DNA of 64,000 bases from the NCBI GenBank assembly GCA_963515485.1, contig CAUPWD010000004.1, positions 9,716-73,715 on the forward strand, given 5' to 3'. Below are positions 53,282 to 62,075 of this stretch, one piece after another; the stretch's first letter is position 1; every line of letters begins with the position of its first letter. This DNA is from an uncultured Candidatus Saccharibacteria bacterium. GTDB taxonomy: Bacteria > Patescibacteriota > Saccharimonadia > Saccharimonadales > Saccharimonadaceae. The notes beneath the pieces are model-generated. The model did not search any database. It was not told where the DNA came from and worked only from the letters and a program-made list of their open reading frames with translations. Made by a program: the position numbers and the translations under genes.

Positions 53282-54163
53282 ATGAAATTAGAAATCAAAA
53301 ATCTCACCAAAAAATTTAGCAACAAAAAAGTCCTAAAAGACCTCAACTTCACCGTCGAAAGCGGCAAGGCTTTTGGTTTGCTCGGCCGCAATGGCGCCGG
53401 TAAAACCACCACTATCCGCATTCTCATGCAAGTTTTTCAGCCAACTTCCGGCAAGGTTCTCCTCGACGGCAAGCCAATCGATTATTCCAAGGTTAGCCTC
53501 GGCTACCTCCCAGAAGAACGTGGCCTCTACCCAAACGACAAAATCGTCGATCAATTAATCTATTTAGCCGCGCTTAAAGGCGTCGATAAGAAAACAGCCA
53601 CCGCCTCGATTGATTACTGGCTAGATTTTCTCCAAATGACCGATTATAAAAATGCCAAGCTTAAAACTCTTTCCAAGGGTAACCAGCAAAAAATCCAGCT
53701 CATTTCCTGTATCGTTCACAACCCAGATATTGTGATTTTCGATGAACCATTTTCCGGCCTCGACCCTGTCAACTCTCAGCTTCTCGAAGAGGTGGTGCGC
53801 GAACAAATCAAACGCGGTAAAATCGTCCTCTTTTCCAGCCACCAGATGGATTACGTTTCTGAATTCTGCGATGACATCCTAATCTTAAAGGAAGGCGAAA
53901 TTAAACTCCAAGGCAATCTTCGCCAAATCCTTAAAAATCACCGCAAAAATAAACTTCTTATCAAATCCGATGAGGTCGAAAAAATTCACGCCGCCCTCCC
54001 AGAACAAACCGAGATTTTGCGCGAAGGTGAATTAGTTTATCGCTTAAAAAAAGACGAAGATCGTACCAAAACCATGAGCGACCTTATCAAAAAATATACA
54101 ATCGACCAAATTGGTGATCTCGAATCAACTCTAAAAGATATCTTTATCGAATACGCGGAATAG
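53282..54163 (+). CDS. ABC transporter ATP-binding protein
   Basis: Walker A GRNGAGKTT, signature LSKGNQQK, Walker B IVIFDEP. Confidence 0.92.
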   Translation: MKLEIKNLTKKFSNKKVLKDLNFTVESGKAFGLLGRNGAGKTTTIRILMQVFQPTSGKVLLDGKPIDYSKVSLGYLPEERGLYPNDKIVDQLIYLAALKGVDKKTATASIDYWLDFLQMTDYKNAKLKTLSKGNQQKIQLISCIVHNPDIVIFDEPFSGLDPVNSQLLEEVVREQIKRGKIVLFSSHQMDYVSEFCDDILILKEGEIKLQGNLRQILKNHRKNKLLIKSDEVEKIHAALPEQTEILREGELVYRLKKDEDRTKTMSDLIKKYTIDQIGDLESTLKDIFIEYAE

Positions 54164-54173
54164 AAAGGGAAGT

Positions 54174-55415
54174 ATGCAACAATTTTTCACCGTTTTCAAA
54201 TATGAATTTAAGAAAATCGTACTCAGCAAGGGTTATCTCATTTCCACTGGCATTATGGCCATCATTCTTGCCGGCGTCTTCTTCTTGCCTCAACTGATTT
54301 CCGACCTAAGACTTTTCGGTTCTGCCGATAATACCCCGGTCGCCCTAATTAAAACCGACTATCAAAATTCCGAAACTCTCGTCCAGACCATCCATGCCGC
54401 CCTACCAAATTACGAAGTGAAGCTCACTGATAAGTCCACCGAGGAAGCCAAGCAAGAAGTGATTGATGACAAGGCTAAATTCTTCATTGAAGCCAATCAT
54501 AATCTCACGGAAGTTACCGAATATTCCAAGATTGGCTTTAGCGATGCTAGTGTTCGCGAAGTCCAATCCATCGATACGATCATCAAAAACCGCCGTCAAA
54601 CCGATTTACTCGCTGAGCAAAATCTTGCACCATCCGCCATTGCCAAAGTCTTAAATCCTGATGTAAAAATCAATCTCGAAACTGTCAATAAAAACGGCGC
54701 CGCCTCTGTGATTTATACTTTTGTCCTCATCTACGCCCTCTATATGGCCATCACTTTCTATGGCTCACATGTCATGAATAGCGTAGTTACCGAAAAAACT
54801 TCACGCGCCATGGAAGTTCTCGCCACTTCAGTTAAGCCAAACGCTCTGCTTTTCGGTAAAATCATTTCTACCAGCCTCGCCGGACTCATCCAAATCGCCG
54901 CCATCATTATCGAAGCTTTCATCTGTGTAAAAATTTCCTCTGCCAACAACCCAGACTTTCCTGTAAATCAAATTATCTCCAATATTCCGACTCAAATTCT
55001 AGTCTATATGCTAATTTTCTTCCTGCTTGGCTTCCTCATCTATTCCTTCCTCTATGGCGCCTTCGCCTCTACGGTTTCCAAGATTGACGAACTCAGTTCT
55101 GCAATTATGCCGGTCCAGATTATCATCGTCTTCACTTTCATCGCCACAATGTCTGCCATCAATTCCGGCAATGCCGATACCCCATTCAATGTCTTCCTCT
55201 CGTATTTCCCACTCACTGCGCCAATGATGATGTTCACCCGCGCCATTATTTCCAATGTTTCGACTCTGGAAATTATCCTCTCGATTCTCGTATTAATCGT
55301 CAGCACTTACTTTATCGGCTGGCTCTCCGCCCGTATTTACCGCGTCGGCATCCTAATGTATGGTGAAAAACCAAACTTCATCAAGCTCATGGGTGCTATT
55401 TTCAAGAAACAATAG
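54174..55415 (+). CDS. ABC-2 type transporter permease
   Basis: 413 aa. N-terminal TM segment, a large extracytoplasmic loop, then 5 C-terminal TM segments. It is adjacent to the ATPase. Confidence 0.75.
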   Translation: MQQFFTVFKYEFKKIVLSKGYLISTGIMAIILAGVFFLPQLISDLRLFGSADNTPVALIKTDYQNSETLVQTIHAALPNYEVKLTDKSTEEAKQEVIDDKAKFFIEANHNLTEVTEYSKIGFSDASVREVQSIDTIIKNRRQTDLLAEQNLAPSAIAKVLNPDVKINLETVNKNGAASVIYTFVLIYALYMAITFYGSHVMNSVVTEKTSRAMEVLATSVKPNALLFGKIISTSLAGLIQIAAIIIEAFICVKISSANNPDFPVNQIISNIPTQILVYMLIFFLLGFLIYSFLYGAFASTVSKIDELSSAIMPVQIIIVFTFIATMSAINSGNADTPFNVFLSYFPLTAPMMMFTRAIISNVSTLEIILSILVLIVSTYFIGWLSARIYRVGILMYGEKPNFIKLMGAIFKKQ

Positions 55416-55430
55416 TATAATTAATTGGTC

Positions 55431-55506
55431 GGGGCATTAGTTCAGCTGATAGAATGCATCATTCGCATTGATGAGGTCGGGGGTTTGAATCCCCCATGCT
55501 CCACCA
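55431..55506 (+). tRNA. tRNA-Ala (anticodon CGC), CCA encoded
   Basis: I folded it by hand. Acceptor GGGGCAT/ATGCTCC (G3:U70), anticodon loop TTCGCAT, T-arm GGGGG-TTTGAAT-CCCCC. Confidence 0.9.
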
Positions 55507-55537
55507 AAATTATATTTGAATTTAAAATTCTTTAAAG

Positions 55538-55587
55538 AACATCTAGGGTCGTTGGCCGTATGGCTGGCGATAGCTAGATGTTTTTTA
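55538..55587 (+). terminator. Long hairpin terminator after tRNA-Ala(CGC)
   Basis: 9-bp outer stem AACATCTAG/CTAGATGTT with an inner GGCC..GGC helix, followed by T6. Confidence 0.65.
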
Positions 55588-55616
55588 TTGACAAACTCCC
55601 ACTCTAGCCATAATAT
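55588..55616 (+). promoter_or_regulatory. Promoter (TTGACA-17-TAATAT)
   Basis: Consensus -35 and a 17-nt spacer. No ORF follows before the next terminator. Confidence 0.55.
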
Positions 55617-55622
55617 ATAACC

Positions 55623-55703
55623 AAAAGCTCGACCATCGTATGTTTTGGGCAGGGAACTTTTTATCTCCCCCCCGTTATTGTTACGGGACTAGGGAGATTT
55701 TTT
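55623..55703 (+). ncRNA. Candidate small RNA (~80 nt)
   Basis: Promoter at 55588-55616. Hairpin CCAAAA...TTTTGG. Terminator TCTCCC..CCCG..CGGG..GGGAGA plus T6 (55663-55703). Confidence 0.4.
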
Positions 55704-55742
55704 CTACTTCAAATTCCAGTTTACCTATACTACAATACATTC

Positions 55743-56067
55743 ATGAACCACAAACTCTTTATCGCGAAACTTGATTTTAAGCCAGAGCTAAATCGTCACC
55801 AAGATCTTTCAATCTTATTATCAAAAGACCTCAGCCTTCCCACGGCAAAATCACTCACCAAATTCCGTGAAAACTTCAACAATCAACTCAAGCTCGGAAA
55901 AATTTTTTTTCGAAACTCCAGACGCCAAATATTATTTTGCAATCATCACACCAAATCAGATTCCAAAAAATTATTCTTACATAAAGTTCTCAAACCTTTC
56001 CGAAAACTCCACCCCAGATTACAAAATCATTCTTAAGGCCATTAAAATCCTCGGCTACGAATTTTAG
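55743..56067 (+). pseudogene. Small gene split by a +1 frameshift at an A5T8 tract
   Basis: ORFs 55743-56036 and 55867-56067 overlap in adjacent frames. The switch point coincides with AAAAATTTTTTTT at 55898-55910. Confidence 0.5.
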
Positions 56068-56113
56068 TTATAAGACAATCACTCAAATTAAGATAAAGAC
56101 TTATAATATAATC

Positions 56114-56518
56114 ATGATCTTCTACACCAAATCAGAAAACGCTAACTATACCCATATTCATGCCTATGTTTTTTATGATTTATTTTTGAGTGAAATAAAA
56201 AGACAAAATCTAACGGATTCTGATTTTCAAATTAACGTCGATATCGATGGCAATATCGCTACCTGGATCCCCGACATCATAAATTCAAAAATTCAAAATC
56301 TTTTCCAAAATCTAACCATCCACCAGAGTTTTACTGATCACCAAATTAGTGACGCTATTACTAAAATTTGCCAGAAGAATAATCTAAAACCACACCTCAA
56401 AAATCTCAATCTCCTAAAATCCGAGCTAGCTCATATTAAATTCCAAACTCAAAAAACAGAAATTACCGACGACTCGTTAACTTCCGCAGCCATAGACTTC
56501 ATTAAACCCCTCACCTAA
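56114..56518 (+). CDS. Hypothetical protein (134 aa)
   Basis: ORF with a TATAAT box 6 nt upstream of the ATG. No family recognised. Confidence 0.5.
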   Translation: MIFYTKSENANYTHIHAYVFYDLFLSEIKRQNLTDSDFQINVDIDGNIATWIPDIINSKIQNLFQNLTIHQSFTDHQISDAITKICQKNNLKPHLKNLNLLKSELAHIKFQTQKTEITDDSLTSAAIDFIKPLT

Positions 56519-56544
56519 CCCAGAAATCCTGCTATAATAGATTT

Positions 56545-57567
56545 ATGAAAACAATCTTGACCGGCATTCGCATTAACTCCGACCTCACCCTCGGCAATTT
56601 TCTTGGCGCCATGCTTCCGATGGTTCGCCTCGCCAATCGATATTCCAGCACTCATCACGTCAATATTTTTGTCCCAGACCTCCACTCTATCATTAGTGAA
56701 ACCGACGGCGATCTTCAATCCAACATGCTCCGCACCATCCGTTATTATCTCGCTGCCGGCCTCGAATTGAACGAAAAAGTGCATTTTTATCGCCAATCTT
56801 ACGTCCCAGCCCACACCGAACTCGCTTGGATTTTAAATTGCCATACCACTATGGGCGAAGCTCTTCGCATGACTCAATATAAGGACAAAAGCCATAACGG
56901 CAATCTTTCCACCAATGTCGGGATTTTCGATTATCCAATTCTTATGTCCGCCGATATTCTTCTTTATAGCGCCAATTACGTGCCAGTCGGGGAAGACCAA
57001 TTCCAGCACATCGAACTAACTCGCAATATCGCCGAGCGTTTTAACCATAAATACGGTGAAATTTTTACCATTCCTGAAAATACTGAAAACCAGGTCAAAT
57101 TCATGTACGGCGATACCCAATCTTTCGCTTTGCGTATCCGCGACCTCATGAATCCAGAGAAGAAAATGAGCAAATCCGCCGAATCTGAAAATAGCAAAAT
57201 CATGCTCGCCGATCTACCAGAGCGCATCCGCAAAAAAATCATGTCCGCTACCACTGACTCGCTAGCTGATATTAATTTCGATTTCAAAACCCAGCCAGGC
57301 ATTTCCAATCTCTTACAAATTCTCGCCGCCATTACCGACACTTCACTTCGTGATCTCATTACTTCTTGGCAACACCGCTCACAATACGGTGAACTCAAAA
57401 AACTCGTCGCCGAACGCCTAGTTGAACACATTTCTAATTTCCAAGCCAAAGTTCAAAACATCTCAGATGAAGAAATCTACCAACTTCTTGAAGAGGGTGA
57501 AAAATACGCCAACCAAGTCGCCAACCAAAAACTTCTCGAAGTCCAAAAAGCCGTCGGTCTGCGCTAA
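56545..57567 (+). CDS. trpS: Tryptophan--tRNA ligase
   Basis: Class I synthetase with an N-terminal TGIRINSDLTLGNFLGA (HIGH-region variant) and KMSKS. Its size and sequence are TrpRS-like. Confidence 0.88.
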   Translation: MKTILTGIRINSDLTLGNFLGAMLPMVRLANRYSSTHHVNIFVPDLHSIISETDGDLQSNMLRTIRYYLAAGLELNEKVHFYRQSYVPAHTELAWILNCHTTMGEALRMTQYKDKSHNGNLSTNVGIFDYPILMSADILLYSANYVPVGEDQFQHIELTRNIAERFNHKYGEIFTIPENTENQVKFMYGDTQSFALRIRDLMNPEKKMSKSAESENSKIMLADLPERIRKKIMSATTDSLADINFDFKTQPGISNLLQILAAITDTSLRDLITSWQHRSQYGELKKLVAERLVEHISNFQAKVQNISDEEIYQLLEEGEKYANQVANQKLLEVQKAVGLR

Positions 57568-57652
57568 ATATTTTTAAGCCCAACACATTACGCAACATTA
57601 AAGTGTTTTAAAATTCCATAAACCTCAACCTATATTAATTAAGGAGAAAAAA

Positions 57653-58174
57653 ATGAGTCGAGAACTAGAATTAGAACTTACCTTCCTTGCCAAAGAAATT
57701 CCAGAGGGAATTAAAGACGCTATTCCGACTCGTATTACCGATGTTTATATTCCTGACACTGCCGAGCACTCACATCTTCGCCTGAGAAAACGCGGTAATC
57801 TATATGAAATCACCAAGAAAACTCCTGTCAAAGACGGCGATACCTCTGAACAAATCGAACAAACCATACCTCTTACAGAAGATGAATTCGAAGCTCTCAT
57901 TAGCTGTAGCAAGAAGCGCGTTTCTAAAGATCGCTACAATATTATAATCGAAGGTCATAATGCTGAAGTAGATGTTTTTCAAGACCAACTTAAAGGTTTA
58001 GTCCTAATTGACTTTGAGTTCAAAACTATTTCCGAAAAATCCTTATTCAAAACTCCAAGTATCGCTCTAGCTGACGTCACTCAAGAAAAATTTACCGCTG
58101 GCGGCGTCTTAGCTGGCAAGTCCTACCAAGACATCGAACCAGAATTAGCGCGTTTCAATTACCAAAAACTATAA
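57653..58174 (+). CDS. CYTH-like domain protein
   Basis: N-terminal ELELELTFL (ExExK-like, with K replaced), and a size and beta-rich pattern like CYTH/triphosphate tunnel proteins. Confidence 0.45.
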   Translation: MSRELELELTFLAKEIPEGIKDAIPTRITDVYIPDTAEHSHLRLRKRGNLYEITKKTPVKDGDTSEQIEQTIPLTEDEFEALISCSKKRVSKDRYNIIIEGHNAEVDVFQDQLKGLVLIDFEFKTISEKSLFKTPSIALADVTQEKFTAGGVLAGKSYQDIEPELARFNYQKL

Positions 58175-58177
58175 AAC

Positions 58178-59281
58178 ATGCGAGTCAAAAATAATTACAA
58201 TCAAACCCTTACTAATATTGGCGCCTCTGTACAAAAATATTTTGGTTTACCTCAAAAACATTCAGGCCTACCACTAATGGACGAACTCTTGGCCACACAC
58301 CGTCCTCAGAATATCGTCATTATTCTCTTGGACGGCCTAGGCTCTCGTATTCTTGAACGCGCCTTACCCGAATCTGCTTTTCTTCGACAAAACCTAAAAC
58401 AAACGCTCACTACCGTTTTTCCAGCCACCACCGCCGCTGCCACCAGTTCAATTCGTACTGGCCTTAATCCCGTAGAGCATGGCTGGACTGGCTGGACCAC
58501 CTATATTCAACCTATCGATAAAATCATTACCTTATTTTTGAATACCGAAAAAGGCAACGACGAAACTATTTGTGCTGACTATCTTGCAGTCAAACCCCTT
58601 CTTGTATCCGAAACTATCCCAGATCAAATTAATCAATTTACCAAACACAAGGCGTTGGAAATTATGCCTTTTGGCAATGATCCATATACAGGATTCGGGG
58701 AGATGATAGAAAGAATTAAAGACGAAGCGAGCCGACCTGGTAAAAAATACATCTATGCATATAGTGATGAGCCAGACGCCACCATGCACGAAAAAGGTCC
58801 CGATTCCAACACAGTGAAAAAAATCATCAAAGAACAAAACAATCAAATTGCTGGGCTTTCAAAATCACTTCACGACACTCTCTTGATAGTCCTAGCTGAT
58901 CATGGTCACATCAAAACTAAAACTCTATATCTCGAAAATTATCCAGATATCCTGGAGCTCATGACCCATAAAACTTCTATTGATCAACGCGCCGCCGTTT
59001 TTAAAATTAAACCAGGCAAGAAACAAGAATTTCGTCGTCGCTTCAATAAGCATTTTGGTGATTTTTACACTTTATATAGCGCAAAAGAAGTCAAGGACAG
59101 TAAATTATTTGGAGACGGCCCCGAAAATATTCTTTTTGAGAGTATGTTGGGCGATTTTCTCGCTATTGCTAAAACCGACGTCGCTATTACGGCTCCCGGA
59201 GACCACTATCATGCATCCCATCACGCCGGCTACACGGACGACGAGATCCTAATCCCATTCATCGCCAAATTTTTACCTTAA
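58178..59281 (+). CDS. Alkaline-phosphatase superfamily protein (nucleotide pyrophosphatase/phosphodiesterase-like)
   Basis: IVIILLDGLGSR...FPATTAAATSSIRTG...LIVLADHGH metal and nucleophile motifs. Confidence 0.65.
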   Translation: MRVKNNYNQTLTNIGASVQKYFGLPQKHSGLPLMDELLATHRPQNIVIILLDGLGSRILERALPESAFLRQNLKQTLTTVFPATTAAATSSIRTGLNPVEHGWTGWTTYIQPIDKIITLFLNTEKGNDETICADYLAVKPLLVSETIPDQINQFTKHKALEIMPFGNDPYTGFGEMIERIKDEASRPGKKYIYAYSDEPDATMHEKGPDSNTVKKIIKEQNNQIAGLSKSLHDTLLIVLADHGHIKTKTLYLENYPDILELMTHKTSIDQRAAVFKIKPGKKQEFRRRFNKHFGDFYTLYSAKEVKDSKLFGDGPENILFESMLGDFLAIAKTDVAITAPGDHYHASHHAGYTDDEILIPFIAKFLP

Positions 59282-59313
59282 ATGACCCACTAGGTTTACT
59301 TTTTATCGATACC

Positions 59314-59355
59314 CCTCTTTATTGCTTAGTGTTGCACTTGAGATATTAACTCAGG
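59314..59355 (+). repeat. 42-nt direct repeat, copy 1 (39/42 identical to 60902-60943)
   Basis: CCTCTTTATTGCTTAGTGTTGCACTTGAGAT(A/G)TTA(A/G)(C/T)TCAGG. The following promoter region is also similar. Confidence 0.85.
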
Positions 59356-59456
59356 GGCTTATTTTACAAAATCTATAAAAAATGTTATAATAAAATAGTA
59401 TTTGGTTGATGAAACTTTAAATGTACATTACTAATTTGAAAGGGTGGTGATTATGT

Positions 59457-60452
59457 ATGTTAAGAAATCCGGAATTGGATAGACTTAAATCAAGACAGCA
59501 GTCTCTTTTTGAACAAAAACAAGCTGCCTTTCGGAGATTTAAGGTTTTACAAGAGCAAACCAATGTTGCCCGTCGTACTTTGCAGGCGTGTTGGGATGAG
59601 CGCGTTCATGCAAGAGAGTGCATGAATCGTGAATTTGAGGCAATGCAGTCTGCGTATTCATGTCGTGATTCTGTTTGGAGTGAATATACGCAAATCCGAG
59701 ATCGTAATAATTCCAAAATCGAATCTTTGAAGTATGAGGCAGATATCGAACATCGTGCCATGCAGGAATGTTTCGATAATGCCAGCAGTGCATATCAATA
59801 TGGTGATAAGTCTGAAGCTCCATATCTTTCTCAACAAGGATATGAACATAGGGATCGTCGTAATGCGTTGAATGCTGAAATATCAGAGCTTGCTCGTGAA
59901 ATTAAGCAAGCGAAAGCAAATGCCGAGGCACTATCTCCTAAAACAGATCCTTCAGGATTTAATCGTGCGAAATCTTCTTTTGAACAGGCAAAATCTCGTC
60001 ACGAATCTGCGCAGGCAGAGTTTAATGCATTAAAAAATCAGCTCTATTCAGTTAAGGATGATTTTGATCACCTCCAAGAACGGTTTAAGCAGGCTCAGGC
60101 AGAATTTAATCGTAAACTTGAAGAGATAAAATCAGAGCAAAATTCAAAGAAACATCAGGCTATTGATAAAGTCAATATGGCACTCATAAAGTCGAACGCT
60201 CATTACCTCGGTACAATTTTCGGGCAAGATGCTAAAGTTGTCCCGAAAAAAGACGGTAGTGGCAAAATCGATGTATATTTCGGCGGTTTGAATGCTGCAG
60301 GGGATGGAATAGGTCATGGTCATGCGACTATTGATGCGAATGGAAATGTTACCTACCTTAGAGATGCTTGGGCTACTGACAAGCATGACTACCTGATTGA
60401 TGAAAATGCCGATAAAAAGTATGGTACAGGCACAGAGACACACAGATTTTAA
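59457..60452 (+). CDS. Hypothetical protein: long coiled-coil plus ~90-aa Gly/His-rich C-terminal domain
   Basis: GGTGGTGA RBS. About 240 aa of heptad-like sequence, then GKIDVYFGGLNAAGDGIGHGHATIDANGNVTYLRDAW. Confidence 0.55.
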   Translation: MLRNPELDRLKSRQQSLFEQKQAAFRRFKVLQEQTNVARRTLQACWDERVHARECMNREFEAMQSAYSCRDSVWSEYTQIRDRNNSKIESLKYEADIEHRAMQECFDNASSAYQYGDKSEAPYLSQQGYEHRDRRNALNAEISELAREIKQAKANAEALSPKTDPSGFNRAKSSFEQAKSRHESAQAEFNALKNQLYSVKDDFDHLQERFKQAQAEFNRKLEEIKSEQNSKKHQAIDKVNMALIKSNAHYLGTIFGQDAKVVPKKDGSGKIDVYFGGLNAAGDGIGHGHATIDANGNVTYLRDAWATDKHDYLIDENADKKYGTGTETHRF

Positions 60453-60480
60453 TTCATTTCTATCAACCAAATAGCTTAAA

Positions 60481-60510
60481 GGTCGACACCCGTTGTCGGC
60501 CTTTTCTTTT
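60481..60510 (+). terminator. Intrinsic terminator
   Basis: GGTCGACA-loop-TGTCGGCC stem plus a T-rich run. Confidence 0.7.
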
Positions 60511-60527
60511 TATGTTATGTTATCAAT

Positions 60528-60839
60528 ATGTACTTATCAAAATCAGAACGAGAAAGAATTATTGCCGCGTATAACTGCGAAGATCTCGTAGAAAGCGATC
60601 ATTATCAGGTTGAGCCTGACACCTGGGTCTATCTTTTTCGCAATAAAAATGGCAAGAAATATGTCTTAATTGATGCTGACTATCTTAATTTTGACTTCGA
60701 AGTCTATCCACATCTTTTAAAATTTAATAATAGCGAGTTTATAAAACTCGAATTCGTTCTTCAACGTGAAGTGCCAGTCAAAAACAATGCTTCAAAAGAG
60801 CAGACATCTGGTACACTTTTATTTGAATATACCGACTAA
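60528..60839 (+). CDS. Hypothetical small protein (103 aa)
   Basis: ORF directly after the coiled-coil gene, with a TATGTT box 6 nt upstream of the ATG. No family recognised. Confidence 0.45.
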   Translation: MYLSKSERERIIAAYNCEDLVESDHYQVEPDTWVYLFRNKNGKKYVLIDADYLNFDFEVYPHLLKFNNSEFIKLEFVLQREVPVKNNASKEQTSGTLLFEYTD

Positions 60840-60901
60840 AATCTTCTCATTACATCCATTAAGTCTACAATTTTACTAACAGGCCCAAGAACAATTGATA
60901 T

Positions 60902-60943
60902 CCTCTTTATTGCTTAGTGTTGCACTTGAGATGTTAGTTCAGG
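60902..60943 (+). repeat. 42-nt direct repeat, copy 2
   Basis: See copy 1. It is followed by TTGACA-17-TATAAT (60951-60979). Confidence 0.85.
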
Positions 60944-61063
60944 ATTATGATTGACATATAACTATAAATGTTATATAATGTCGGCAGATTTGGTATACCC
61001 CGAATAACTTACACTTGCTATTCTGGTCATACCAGGATAGCCCTTTTTAGAAAGAGGTGAATT

Positions 61064-61987
61064 ATGATTAAAAAAAGTATTGTAGCAATGTTGGCTGTAG
61101 CAGTTTTATCTTTATCAACTGTGAATGCATTTGCCGCTGAGGCTGGTGTTTTGGGTTTGAAGCCCAGTGCCAACCAAAGCGGACAAAGCTCCACCGATAC
61201 TACTGCGAACAAGGAAGTTCAAAGTGATATTCAGTACGATACTGGCAAATACCAGTATCCCGCGCAGCAGCTAATCGCTGAAGGTCGCCAATTCAACAGA
61301 TATAACTGGCGTCTCTACCAGCGTTTCGCTGACGGGCAGTTCACATATGTGGACTGGGCAAGAGATAATGGCTTTATTGCAGATGAGCTCTCAGATAATA
61401 ACAGCTCGATTGAAAACAATGTTTTTATAAGCCATTTTAATCTCAAAGATTGGAATAACCCATACCTAAATGGGCCATTCACATGGGATGATACTGGAAA
61501 AAAAGAATTTTCAACAGACAATCGCATAGTATTTAGAAAAAAAGTTTCTGACGAATCAATCATGAAAGACCGAACACTGACTCCACGAGTAAGTATTGAA
61601 GTAGCATTCGACCCACAAGGTTGCTGGGAAGAGCATAACGAAATCTATACTCCTATGTATTTCATGAATGGCTATTGGCATAAACATGCAACATTTAATG
61701 AGAAATGGTGGATCGATGCCAAAGAGGCTTCATTTATTACCATAGAAGGGGTTCATTGGTGGAATGAAAATATTGCGCATCCGAAAGACCCTATTCAGCT
61801 TTACTATCCAGAAAGACCCGACCTAAAACTCTATATCTCTGGTTTCAATATGGATAGAGTAACATTACACTGTCATTACATCAATAACGTCTATACCGAT
61901 GATAATCCCAACTTAATCGCCGAAAGAGCTAAAAAGCTTCAAGAGTTCTATTTCAGTCTGCCTGAATTCATTAACACTACCATCTAA
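61064..61987 (+). CDS. Secreted hypothetical protein (307 aa)
   Basis: Signal peptide MIKKSIVAMLAVAVLSLSTVNAFA-AE. AGAGGTGA RBS. Trp/Tyr-rich mature part. Confidence 0.6.
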   Translation: MIKKSIVAMLAVAVLSLSTVNAFAAEAGVLGLKPSANQSGQSSTDTTANKEVQSDIQYDTGKYQYPAQQLIAEGRQFNRYNWRLYQRFADGQFTYVDWARDNGFIADELSDNNSSIENNVFISHFNLKDWNNPYLNGPFTWDDTGKKEFSTDNRIVFRKKVSDESIMKDRTLTPRVSIEVAFDPQGCWEEHNEIYTPMYFMNGYWHKHATFNEKWWIDAKEASFITIEGVHWWNENIAHPKDPIQLYYPERPDLKLYISGFNMDRVTLHCHYINNVYTDDNPNLIAERAKKLQEFYFSLPEFINTTI

Positions 61988-62021
61988 GCTTCTTAAATCA
62001 CTTCTTCAAATTCTATATAAA

Positions 62022-62048
62022 AACCATCTCCAAATGAGGTGGTTTTTT
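62022..62048 (+). terminator. Intrinsic terminator
   Basis: ACCATCTC-loop-GAGGTGGT stem plus T6. Confidence 0.75.
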
Positions 62049-62075
62049 CTATTCTTTTTATGCTAAAATAAAATC

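Noticed and set aside
55867-56067. Calling 55867-56067 as an independent 66-aa gene.
   Set aside because: Its ATG is internal to the 55743 ORF in another frame and has no RBS or -10 box. A single-base shift in the A5T8 tract joins the two frames, so it is treated as one disrupted gene.
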